Positions 13,911 through 25,929 of a DNA stretch of 64,000 nt are shown piece by piece. Below the pieces are notes generated by a model. That model did no database searches and was not told the origin of the DNA. It saw nothing but the letters and a program-made list of their open reading frames with translations. The position numbers were made by a program, and so were the translations under genes. The stretch comes from Octopus bimaculoides (Eukaryota): contig NC_068982.1 of assembly GCF_001194135.2 (NCBI RefSeq), positions 9,792,820-9,856,819 on the forward strand, read 5' to 3'. Within the stretch, counting starts at the first letter, position 1. Every line of letters begins with the position of its first letter.

Positions 13911-14014
13911 TCACTGCAATGAACACTTCTCAGTAACCTCCCCTACACTTGCCGCCATTTTTTGCGGCAATTCCGAGACTTTGGAGGTGAGATCACTTAA
14001 GTTTGTAGGAAATT
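13911..14014 (-). CDS. cplx: Terminal coding exon of a CaaX-ending protein, probably complexin (synaphin); partial gene, upstream exons not in window
   Basis: Minus strand: strong acceptor (ttcttttcatttttttccag|, AG at 14016-14015). Only the phase-1 frame stays open across the exon up to its stop: xFPTNLSDLTSKVSELPQKMAASVGEVTEKCSLQ*, TGA at 13913-13911. It ends in CaaX (CSLQ) and has a CpG cluster in otherwise CpG-poor DNA. Gene identity comes from recalled similarity to invertebrate complexin C-termini (amphipathic helix plus CaaX, as in Drosophila Cpx7A ending CVMQ); BLASTP is needed to confirm. Confidence 0.75.
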
Positions 14015-16019
14015 CTGGAAAAAAATGAAAAGAAGCAAAAAATCACCACATTAGACTACATTTACAATATAAGTTTTACTATATATATTTTTTTTAGTTT
14101 TTATAGCTTTTAAAGCACACATATGATATACACAGTTCAACAGAAGAAAAAAAAAAACAAAACAAGGAAGACAGGACTGCAATGCCAAATATACAAAATA
14201 CAAAATGCAAACATACCAACTAAAAATTCTAGATATACTACCAAATCATAAATGAATGCAATGTAAACTTTCCATCAGCAATCATGCATTTCTAGTCAAA
14301 CAATAAACTAAAATAACACACGCACACACAAACTATATAATACATACATACATACATATATATATTTATATATAAGCATGTGGATATATATATTTATATA
14401 TAAGCATGTGGATATCTATCTATATATAAATACACATATATGTATATATATATATATATATGTGGATATATATATACATTCAAAACTAATAAACAAAAAT
14501 AATTTTTTTTTAAATTGACAACATAAAATATTATAGGATGTTTTCTGAATAAAACAAGCAAACCTTGAATATAGAAAGGAAAGAGAAACTTGTTATAAAA
14601 AATGCCAGGAAATCTCTTTTCCTAAAATATTTTAAATTCAATGTATTAGTTCTTTAAAAAAAAATGGAAATCATTGTGGTGGTTTATAGGAAGCACTTTT
14701 TGAGAAGACAAAAAACATGGTGAACGGAACGCTAATAAAATTCGTAAATTAATTAGAACGAACATTATTGTAGTTGGAATCAAAATGTTACGTAAAAAGC
14801 CAAAAAAAAAAAATACTTAATTGATGAATAGGATATATATTCTTTGACAAACATTTGAGATAGAGCTGTTGAAGTGGTTGCCTCTGTATAAGATAGAAGC
14901 GGAGTGGCTGTACAATTGCATAAATGATAAAAATAGTTATTGAAGTACAATCTGAATATTTTGCGCAAATACATTTGACAATAATTGGTTGTGGTAAAAT
15001 ACTGACATCAAGTTTTTTTTTAAATTTTTTATTGAATGCAGATTTTTAGAATAATCACTCTAATATAAATAATTTCCAGTCATAACTCAGTTAAGATATT
15101 CAGTTACTTTATTTTACTACAATTAAATTGATTTTAATTATGTTTCCATCCTTGTACAATCACAGCTTAAACCACCGAATACATAATGATTATTCGATAT
15201 TGAACTTTTCTTAAATATTAATACATGATACAAAGAAAAGCAAACCTACTTCTAAATCAAAATGTTCATATTGCCTTTAAAAAATTTCTAAAGAATATTC
15301 AGTTATTTAAAATATATTGTAACACTCTCTCATAATTTTAGTTATACTTAATTCATAGCTGTCTACTTATAAATGTTTTCTTAATAAACACTGCTCAATA
15401 TTACTGATAAAAATTAATAAAATTATCGTGAAATATACCAAAGAACAGAATGATGACCGATTTTGTTAGATTATTTTAAGGACATCTCTTGTTGAGATGT
15501 ATTCTGAGTTGAGGATATAACTGATTGTAAGTAAAGTCATGAAAGACCTTGTGTTATTCGAGAGTAAAAGTTTCACAAATGTTCACCTACTTTTCATTGC
15601 CAAAAATAATTTGCTACACACATGCACATATTTTCTTAGCAAATCAAACACCATAACAAACAAGTTTGTATGCATGAGTTTACAAGCATTGAATTAAATC
15701 AATAATAAAATACATTGAAGGCAACAACAAATGCTATTATGGTGGTTTCCATTAGAAATGTGTTTGTTGTAAAGAAAATTTTAAATAAATAAATTTAATT
15801 AAAAACAATATTGTTCAACTGAGTAACAGCAAATATAGCATTTCTGCATATACATACATATATACATGCACACACTTCAAAACAGCTGATGATTCATTTT
15901 GCTATGTCTGAACAATAGCCTGTAGTGATTAAAATCTGAGCAGCAACAAGGTGAACAGGTGAGCTGTTTCTAAAGAAAATTTCTTACATGGTATTCTTTT
16001 GTTTGTAACTCCAAGTGTT

Positions 16020-16324
16020 TACAGAATAGACTCTCCCATCAGAGGTGACATAGGAACATTTAGCTTTTTGCCGAACGACCTGTACAAATTATTTGTTTAG
16101 AGGATCAAATATTCATGCCGCACTTTAGCTCACTCCTTCCATGAAATCAACATTATCTGAACAAGAGCACGGTGAGTGTACCATAAATCAGGTGTCAAAG
16201 TGGTTGCAGAGCAATGCAAGATGAAGAGTCTTGCTCAAGAACATGACACACCACCCAGTCTGGGAATTGAACTCATGATCACTAGATCACAAGTGCAACA
16301 CTCTAACCACCAAGTCATGCGCCC

Positions 16325-16330
<6 letters not shown>
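16020..16330 (-). mobile_element. tRNA-derived SINE family S3-like
   Basis: Minus strand GTGAGGGCGCATGACTTGGTGGTTAGAG...GAGTTCAATTCCCAG...TTGAGCAAGAC; the head is similar to 43662. The 3' boundary is approximate. Confidence 0.7.
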
Positions 16331-16379
<49 letters not shown>

Positions 16380-16903
16380 TCCTCACCTCTTGCTCTCCAG
16401 ACATCTTTGATGCCAACATAAATGAGCTACTGATAAAATGACAAAATGGTGTTGATAATTTAGGTGCATACTTTGATTATCTACATTGATTTTTGTTGAG
16501 ATAGAGTAAAATAAACTTTCAGTTCAAAATCAGACATTTCATTCTTAATGACATGAGATATATATATGTGTGTGTGTATAGATATGATGTGTGTACATGC
16601 GGTAGGGAAAGTATAATCCAAACTATAAAAATCAGGGCATGAAAGAAATTATGATGAAGTTTATTTATATACACACACACATATGTATGTATGTTTTAGA
16701 CTGTATCAAAACTAAATGAAAACCATGAGCTTTTGGTCACTAGTACTCGATGTTCCATCTGGTGCTGTAAAATCTAAAATAATTTTGCATAAGTCTTACT
16801 ACATCGAGTCAGTTGATTCATATGACCTCAAGTGGTTATATTTTTCTTGCACAAATATTACTAACTCTACATCACCAAGAGATTTTATATAAGATAACAG
16901 TTG

Positions 16904-17085
16904 CTGTTCTATATTTAAGAGATGAGGAATTCTGTATATTATTTACATTTGACGGATATTTGTTTTCATCTTGTTTGTTGTTAACACAATGTTTCAGCTG
17001 ATATGCCCTCCAGCATTCATCAGGTGTATTGGGGAAATTTCAAACATGGGTTCTCATTCCTAAGGTATTTTTTGATGTTATTGTC

Positions 17086-17116
<31 letters not shown>

Positions 17117-17242
17117 TCACTGCCTGGAATCGAACTCAGAATCTTGGGGTTAGTAGCCTACGCTCTTAACAACTATGCCATATGCCCATAGTGAGGACAA
17201 ATATCCATCAAATGTAAATAATGTAAATAATGTAAATAATGT
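16904..17242. mobile_element. F1 element in reverse orientation, second arm internally deleted
   Basis: Full minus arm with tail, (AAT)n and tRNA-like head ending ATATGCCC at about 17187, then only the distal end of the plus arm (GAGGACAAATATCC...(TAAATAATG)3). Degenerate TSD ATAACAGTTG/ATAAAAATTG. Confidence 0.85.
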
Positions 17243-17439
17243 ATAAAAATTGCTATATAAACAGGTTGACCATAAGAGCATGTGTAACAATGATTACTTG
17301 AAAACTGAATGAGATGCAAATAAGCTGCATTTGTAATGCTTTGGGTTGCCAGGATATGTAAGCTTCCTTCAGTAGTTATAAAGCCACACACATGTATGTA
17401 TGTGTATATATATAGATATATATATATATATATATATAG

Positions 17440-17565
17440 GCTCAGGAATGGCTGTGTGGTAAATAGCTTGCTTACCAACCACACGGTCTTGGGTTCAGTA
17501 TAGTATTTGGCTGACCAAAGCCTTGTGAGTGGATTTGGTAGACGGAAACTGAATGAAGTCCATCG

Positions 17566-17598
<33 letters not shown>

Positions 17599-17600
17599 AT
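17440..17600 (+). mobile_element. SINE S2, internally deleted, 3' truncated
   Basis: CAGGAATGGCTGTGTGGTAAATAGC...GGGTTCAG...CCAAAGCCTTGTGAGTGGATTTGGTAGACGGAAACTGAA. Confidence 0.8.
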
Positions 17601-18511
17601 GTGAGTATATGTTTGTATTATATGTATGTGTGTGTAAGCAAGACTCTATGCATATATAAGAATAATATCTTTAACAAAGTAAGAATAAAAATTATATACA
17701 TATATGTTATAAACTTGGTAAGTTCTCTCCATTGCATATCAGTGTTATGCCTCAGTGTTAAATGAATTCATTGGGTTCAGAAACTGAAGGTTCTGAAAGA
17801 ATACTTATAAAATTGCATGGGACATTTTTGTTTCTAAAAGTATACAGTTTTTAACGTTGTAAAATGAGAAAATCCCAAAGGACTGCAAAATGACAGAAGA
17901 AAAAAATATTAATGTGTAGATACATCAGCATAAAAGGATATAATTAGAGAGAGAAGGATTTGCAACAGAAGTGCGTTGGTAAGGCTATGGAAATAAGAAC
18001 CCATAGGCAAGAGGCCAATAAACAGCCATTTGAAGAAGATACCATATAAATGGCAATATTTTCAAGAATTATACTGTGATAAACTTTCAATACTAGATTG
18101 CTTGTTGGGAAATATTTCAACAATCTACATATTAATTTTGTTATCACTTTTTCTCATTCTTATGTTATAGAATCACGAGTTATGTATTTAAAATAATATA
18201 TAATATAATATAAATAAAATGCAATTGGCTGTTTCAACAAGTACGGAAATAAAGAAGAGAGAGATGTATATATATATAGAGAGAGAGAGAGAGTGGGAGA
18301 GAGACAAAGAGAAAGAGAGAGAGAGAAAGAGAAAGAGAGAGAGAGAAAGAGAAAGAGAGAGAGAGAAATGTAATTAAAAATATGAAGAATAAGATATACA
18401 AATGAAAATAGTGCTGATGAAAATATTGCTGTTTGTATGTTTATACATACATGGAAAAAAAAAGGCAAAATACTGATGTATGGTATTTCAGAAATGAATT
18501 TGAATTCATTT

Positions 18512-19120
18512 CATTATCATCATCGTTTAACGTCTGCTTTCCATGCTGGCATGGGTTGGATGGTTTCACTGAGGATTGGCAGGCCAGAAAGCTGCACCAG
18601 GCTCCAATCTGATCTGGCAATCTTCCTACAGCTGGATGCCCTTCCTAATACCAACCACCCTGAGAGTGTAGTGGGTGCTTTTTATGTGCCACCAGATGAC
18701 ATTGGCAACGACCACACTTGAATGGTACTTTTTACATGCCACCAGCTTGGGAGCCAGTCAGGCAGCACTGGCATCGACCATACTCGAATGGTGCTTTTTA
18801 CGTGCCACCGGCATAGGTGCTAATTAGGAGGTACTGTCATTGGCCACGACAACGACTTCACTTGCCTCAACAGGTCTTCACAAGCGCAGTTTATTGCCCA
18901 ATGACTGAAGGGTACCCTTAAATGGCTGGTTATGCTGCACAGGCAGAGGCCACAGTTATGATCTCACTTGGCTTGTCGGGTCTTCACAAACACAGCATAT
19001 CTCCAAAAGTCTTTTTCATGTGTCATCGCCTCGGTGAGGCCCAGCGTTCAAAGGTTGTGCTTCAACACCTCATCCCAGGTTTTCTTTGGTCTACCTCTTC
19101 CACAGGTTCCCTCTACTTCA
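18512..19120 (-). mobile_element. 5'-truncated RTE-clade LINE
   Basis: The minus strand of about 19030-19115 reads VEGTCGRGRPKK/WDEVLKHNL (the RTE C-terminal GxRxRGRPxxTW motif, with a frameshift), followed by the 3'UTR and a (GAT)n tail. Confidence 0.8.
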
Positions 19121-19316
19121 AGAGTATGATACAGTGTGTTTATTATGATAGTTTGACCTTAGAGTCCCTCTTAGCATGAGGCATTCATGTATAGTAATGC
19201 CCTTATATAAATAAATATATTTTGGGGAATAAATGATTTTTCCCTTATGAGGTTTTTTTCACGCTAGCTACTTGATAAATTCTTATAAAAGATTTTATCC
19301 TATTATTGAATTAATG

Positions 19317-19363
<47 letters not shown>

Positions 19364-21244
19364 GATTTGTGTATAATGCTTTATGTTCTCTAAATATTAA
19401 TATTTCTACCTTTACTCTGAATCTGTGCACAGAAGGGAAAAATATTATACATATATATATCATTAACATTCCCTGCACAATTTATTCATCATCTCATAAT
19501 ATTATTTTCCTGCAAATAGCTATGACTGTGAAATCATATCCTTTAGAATTTCAGAAAATTTTGATTTTCATCTGCTATATTTTTCAAGAACATTGTTTGC
19601 TGTAAACTTAATTAGCAGCATCACATTTCATAAAAAAAATAAAATACACATGGTGTTACATATTATAATATTATACCACATCACCTCGACACTTAAAAAC
19701 TTGAAGCAACTTGGGTTGCTATCTGGAATGTTATGAATGACACTTTTAAAGAATAGCTTGATTCTTTAAAAGAGAGAATAACATTTAAAAATACTTACCA
19801 TTAATCGAATGAGAAAGTATTTTCAAATTAATAGATATTCAATATTATCAATATTGAATTCTAATAAGTTTTCTCTGAATTGTCACTCATGTTTTAAGAG
19901 AATAACTTTGAAATACAAAATGATCTAAAATTCAATATGGGTGTAGATTTACCTTCAGAACATATTAAGCAATGCAAACAACAAATGTTTATATTACAAA
20001 GTAAATATTGATACTTAAACAGTAATTTCTTTATTCGAATATTCATCATTTCAAATCAAATATTATGAACACACACATATATATATGCAGGTGTATGTTT
20101 ATGTATGCATGTGTATCTGTGATATTTATAATTTATAATATGTAATACAAAGGCATAAATATGCAAACATAAATATATATAGATAAATTCTGTACATATA
20201 TTAACGCAGCTAACTCTGTATGTATGTGTACACAAACATATATGAATTTCTTATTAGTTGTTTGCCACATTATTTAACATTACTTATTTCTCTAAGTATC
20301 AGAGTATGTCAGCAATGAATCAAATTATACAAGGTTACATAAATATGTGGATCGTTTGTAGTAGAAAATAAAAGAAAATTGTAGGATTGTGTGGGAAAAA
20401 ATGTATAGAATTATCTAAAACTTAAGAGGAATTAATACAAGTTTTCAGAAATTAATTATTCAAAATATGAACAAATACAAAATGTAATATCGAGTTTTGA
20501 TTTTGTAATCCCTTTTTTTTTCAAAATAAAGTGAATATAAATATCTGATTAAAAGATATGTAGTTTTTCAAAGCGACATTCCTTTAATGTGAATACAAAA
20601 TATATGATGAAAAAATATAGCTAAAACGAGAGAACATTTTAAAAGAAAATGCTGAGCAATGTACAAAAAGGTTCTTATTTCATCTTGAATATTTTTTCAG
20701 TTAATTGAATTGTTAAGGAAATACAACAGAACATTTTGGTTCAGCAACCCATGAAATGAAAATCTGTTCATTCATTTTTGTGTTCTTTCTAAAAGAAAAT
20801 GTATATTTTGGTTTTTAAAGAAATGGATGCTTATTCTTGTATATCATAAACATAACCAAATTCAACTGTTTTAGAATGTAATATGAAAGTTGTAATATTT
20901 TAAAGGTCTGTTATAGAAGAAAGATGGTAAATTCCATGGAACCAGAACAAGCTAATATTAATTTCTGGTCAAATACGCTTCATTTTTAAGTGCCTCCCAT
21001 CTCTTTTAAAACCAATGCATTTAATTTGTTAGAAGGAAATTGCTAAGGAAAAATATGTAAAGTTTTGTGTCTCAATATCGAAAGGTTAAGTTATGTGGTT
21101 AATCTGCCTCAAATCAATCTCGATTGAATGAACTTATGTTGAAAGTCATTTCACATACAAAATATAAGATCACATTATCCAATGTATTTTTCAAATAGTA
21201 ATATTGGGCCATAACGTTGTGATTTGAAGAGTATTTGGTAACTA

Positions 21245-21320
21245 CGCGTATATGGCATAGTGGTTAAGAGCCTGGGCTACTAACCCCAAGATTCTGAGTT
21301 TGATTCCAGGCAGTGGCCTA

Positions 21321-21390
<70 letters not shown>

Positions 21391-21531
21391 TCGAAAAATA
21401 CCTTATGAATGAGAAACCAGGCTCGAAATTTCCCCAAGACACCTGATGAAGGCTGGAGAGTATATCAGCCAAAACGTTGTGTTAACAACAAACAAGATGA
21501 GGACAAATATCCATCTAATGTAAATATTGTA
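21245..21531 (+). mobile_element. F1 single arm
   Basis: CGCG centre remnant, A box TGGCATAGTGG, B-box-like GAGTTTGATTCC, long (AAT)n, linker and HHR-like core; high identity to the other F1 arms. Confidence 0.85.
21438..21483 (+). ncRNA. Minimal type I hammerhead-like motif of F1 (G12A-mutated copy)
   Basis: GACAC-CTGATGA-A-GGCTG[GAGAGTATAT]CAGCC-AAAA-C-GT-T-GTGTT: stem I GACAC/GTGTT, stem II GGCTG/CAGCC, palindromic AACGTT stem III. Homologous cores at 1212-1257(-), 1521-1563(+), 16983-17028(-), 55238-55283(-) and 55494-55536(+) together give the consensus GAAA. Confidence 0.7.
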
Positions 21532-22065
21532 CTTCTGGGAAATTAAAATGGCCATCAAATCAAATGTTCCTTCTCAAAAAAGTTGAGAACAAGCCTCATT
21601 GGCTTGTCAATAAAGTAACAAGCAATAATATGTTGCAGTAGGCTTGATTTAACTATAACCTTCACCATTAAAAACTTAGTCCTTTGTCAAAATGAAGAAA
21701 TGTTTAGTATTCTTTTCTATGATATTGTATGTCTTGTAAGTAAATGAAAACTGGAAAGTTTTAAAGTAATTTGTCTTCTCAAGAGGGTCAAAAATTGACT
21801 TGCTTTTATATTTATAAAATCATATTTCATCTTTTATACCTGTAAATAAATAAATATCCTCATTATGCTATGTATAAAACTTAACCCATTAAAATCAGAA
21901 CACAACAATACCAGTTCTTGATATTTTTGCAGTAAATGTGATCAGAGCTGACTTGAGTCTTGAAACAACTAAAATAAACAAATGAACTTCCTATAAAATT
22001 TCCAAGTAAATTTTGTATGCATGAAGTACTTATTCCGTTTCACAAATATGATCTAGAGTTTATAA

Positions 22066-22132
22066 CATTATTTACATTATTTACATTATTTACATTTGAT
22101 GGATATTTGTCGTCATCTTAAATATAGAACTG
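22066..22132. mobile_element. Collapsed F1 element (ends only)
   Basis: (CATTATTTA)3 left end joined to the TAAATATAGAACTG right end; perfect 12-bp TSD TAGAGTTTATAA (22054-22065, 22133-22144). Confidence 0.8.
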
Positions 22133-22649
22133 TAGAGTTTATAAGTTTACAAAATAAAATATGATAATAATAAGAATTTGTCTTCAAAGCAAAAGAGAAT
22201 AATATACAGTAAAAGTTATCTTTCAGTTATGATTATGGATAGTATATTCAGGAGCATACAACATTGAAGTGTCCACAATGGCTTTAAAGACTGTTTTGAA
22301 TTGCTTTCCAACTCATTTGTTTTCACTAAAGTGATAAAAGTGTTGTAAGAAAGATTGATCATTCATTCTCATTAATAATCTAGATTGTCCTAAATGTAAC
22401 ACTAACTTCTTATAGTCTTTTAAGAAGGTATAACTGGAATAACCTCGTTTTTCAACATTAAAGTTTATATCATAAATATCTACATGTGGTCTTTCTTGTG
22501 ACAATTCAAACATGCTTTATTAAAAGTATTTAGCTATGCAAACCCATTGGTTTTCTTCAGACCAAAATTTTTCAGAACACTTTTTCTACTTGTAAAAGTC
22601 TATATCCACAGGCTGGACCAACAAGCTCAAGGTGAACGATGATACTATG

Positions 22650-22688
22650 CTGATGAGGTCTAATAAGACCGAAACATCTCTAGATGTC
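22650..22688 (+). ncRNA. Hammerhead-like core (family F2), stem I not pairable
   Basis: CTGATGA-GGTCT[AATA]AGACC-GAAA-CATCT[CT]AGATG-T-C: canonical core, perfect stems II and III, GUC triplet. The flanks do not form stem I. Confidence 0.6.
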
Positions 22689-25600
22689 AACTAACAAAAT
22701 TCAGACTATCTTCTAAGCATGGCGTTTTAATTTTCTTGAAATTATCTCCTTATATATTTTGAGAATTGCTAACAATTGCTACCAGATGATTAGTTTCTTC
22801 CTCTATCAAGACAAGGATTAATTTCATTGAGAATTTTTTGAATACATTATTTGATCTATCAGCATCTATCTGATTTACCTGAATTCATGCCATTTCCTTG
22901 AGATGTTTCCTAGCCAATCCTTTTTATCGTTATGTCAATTTTCTATATTGTCAAATTCAAAGTATTCATTTTAATGACAAATAACAGTTGAAAAGAAAAT
23001 TATACATTTATTAATTAGTGTTTCTAATATTTTCCAAACAGCATGCTAATCTTTGTTCATTTCTTTTTCACTAGCTTTCTCTGAAATCTTTCCCTTTCTG
23101 TAAAACATGACAGTTTTTGATGGTATTAACAAAATATAAAATTGAAAATAATCCAAGACAATAGTGAAAAGAACTGAATGGTGTTTGTTATATGAAATTA
23201 TCAAATAAATTTAAAACATATTCTTAAGCTAATAATTGTCAAATAAAATGTAAATCAATAGAAAGAAGAAATATTTTGCATTTTGACAGCCAACTGCTTA
23301 TCAGTTATTGAAAACACTGTCTTACAATATCATTGAAAATAAAATAGTATTGGATATAAATTTTTGCTTGTTTCAGGAAGTAAGAAATTTCTTTCTGACA
23401 TTATATACCAAGGATAAGAGAGGGCAATTGCATTAGATTACTGACCCAAATTTCATAACTTGTAGTCGCCAGCCAGTGTAATGTTCCCTCTTTTACACAA
23501 AGCTTTTTATTCCATGAAATTGGTATCTAAAAATTCTTCTGTTTTTAAGACAAGACAATAAGTATTGTCCAGAAAAAGTGGATGCCTCACAAATAAGAAA
23601 TCATCATAAAAGCATTATGTCGATCTGACTGATGGTGGGATACATTAAGATAAAAGTCACAGTAGAGGGTTTAAGTAATCTAATTTAACACTATTACTTG
23701 CGAATACATTTTCTATTAGATTAACATTTATTTTTATTGAAACTCTTTTATGTATTTCTTATCAAGTAGATAGCTACAGTTTACAACAATCAGATTAAAA
23801 ACTTTCCATACAAAATTGTGAGTGTGGTTATAAATATTTCATATGGAAGGAATATACTAAAGATTTACACCAGAAGATGCATGGTTTATCTATGACTTGC
23901 TCTTATTACGCAAAATTAAGAGCAAAGTCATCGATGGTACTTTATTATGGATGCAATACTTATCAATAATACTAAATATTTCTTTGGTTAGAAAACTCTT
24001 CTACCTATTTCTGACGTCATTTATTTTGTCTGCTTTGCTATTAGTTTTTGTGTCTTCATAAATATGAATACAAATATGTGTGTGTATGTATCATAATTGC
24101 TGATGAGAAAGAAATTGCTGTATGTTGACATTGATAATAGCCATAGTAGAGGAATACCAAGAATGACCATGGGAAGAAGTACTGGTAAGATTAGATGATG
24201 ATGTCAATGTTCACAGATGAGATGAAAGAGGATTGATAGCAGTAAGACAAATAGCAGGCATGTATTAATACGGAAAGCATGGAAATATGAATGTTAATAC
24301 AATGAAATTTATGACAATAGATACTCCATGAATATCCTGTCTTCAAAATCCAAATCATAGTTTTTAGGAACAATACCATTAATATGAAGCTTGAAATAAT
24401 ATTGACAGTATTAAAGACCATTATAAAACAAATTTATTATAAATGTAATTTATTTGAATGTCTTATTGACACTGTCATTTATTGGACAAATAAGAAAATT
24501 ATAAAAATAAAACTGCATTTCTACAAGCTAAATGTCCATTATTTGAAGTATACGATGTGTGTGAAAGCACACTATAAAAATAATGGTTGAAATAGAATTT
24601 CTCTTGTATCATTTATTTTTTCACTATTCCATAGATTTCCACACTTAAGATGTCCCTTTTTTACACAACTTGGGTAAATTTATATTTTTATCTATTCAAC
24701 AACAATAAAGTATATACCAGTAATACACGAATATTTATCACCATTGAAGTAGTAAATATCAGAAAGAGTTCAATATATTTTTTTTTTAAATATTGCTTCC
24801 AAAGTCATGGTGAGACTTCTTTCCTCACCTTTAGTTTCTAATACTGAAAATGGTTCTATCAATATTTATATTCACCAAATTTTTCAGAGCAATGCATGCA
24901 CTGGAGTTTTGAAAGTAATTATCCTAAACTGTAAGGGTTGTACTAATACATTAATAATATTACTGTTCACATAAACAAAAGAAACAGTATTTCTTTCTGA
25001 ATTATATGGATGATTTTGCAGCGTGTGTAAAAGAAATTCCGTTCAATACCAAACACTAATAGAATTCCTAAGCTGAAAGAGCAGGAAAAAAAAATACATA
25101 AAAACAAACAGCAAAAACCACCAGCCTAAAGAGATTCGATAGAAAGAAAAATAAATGTTTCAACCATTAATGTAGTGCCATTCTAAAGAAAACATTAATA
25201 TATTTTTTTCATTTGGCTTTTTCTCCTCATACAAAGAGTGAAGATAATGGTAGTGTATCTTGAATGAAAGATACTTGGTTGGGTTAATTCCTTTCTCCAA
25301 ATTTTAACTAAATACTTATTGCTTTTCATGTAAGCAATCAATACTTAATTTTCTCAGCAGATTTGGTCTCCTCTATAGAGATAAACCAATCATAATTATT
25401 TGTCGGATGTTGGTAGTTTTTTATGTTTTAAAGGAGAAAAGTTCTAATATGCACAGAATTATGTATTTTGTGTGCACACACATGTGCATACATATATGTA
25501 TATACATAATTTCATACATGTGCATGCATGTAATATATATATGTATATATATGTGTGTAGTATACAGATATAACTACTATATAAGGAATCATTATACATG

Positions 25601-25880
25601 AGCTATTTCAAGTTTCATGCTCAGTTAGTGCAATAATCAAATGGGCTTGTATAGCATACAATGCAAGGTATGCTATGCAAACATGGTATGCTTAAAATGT
25701 TTCTTAATATTTCCTATTTTTTTGCCCCCCCCCCTTTTCTCAACTCTGTCCACTTATTGCAATATCTAAGCATGAAACTTGAAATAGTTCATGTATAATT
25801 CCTATATTAATCAAATGATATTAATCTCTCAATTGACCAAGTATTTTTTCTATTGATCTTTTCAACAAGCGAGCAATACA

Positions 25881-25929
<49 letters not shown>

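Noticed and set aside
14818-14950. Minus-strand segment open in two frames just upstream of the CaaX exon
   Set aside because: Weak donor (AA|gtattt), weak acceptor, and neither frame resembles a complexin core.
15988-16079. Exon-like segment on the minus strand (cag|...|gtaaga) reading VVRQKAKCSYVTSDGRVYSVNTWSYKQKNT
   Set aside because: It largely overlaps the body of the S3-like SINE whose head is at 16200-16330. Its phase-2 end cannot join the phase-1 CaaX exon, and it has no complexin similarity.
21252-21320. tRNA-like sequences with A/B boxes (also in S1, S2 and S3 heads)
   Set aside because: No complete acceptor stem, and they are embedded in multi-copy repeat bodies: SINE heads, not tRNA genes.
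24104-24130. Other CTGATGA/CTGAAGA matches (also about 18414, 38705, 43094, 56596 and the minus strand at 1862, 10764, 60124)
   Set aside because: No stem II plus GAAA follows; chance matches.
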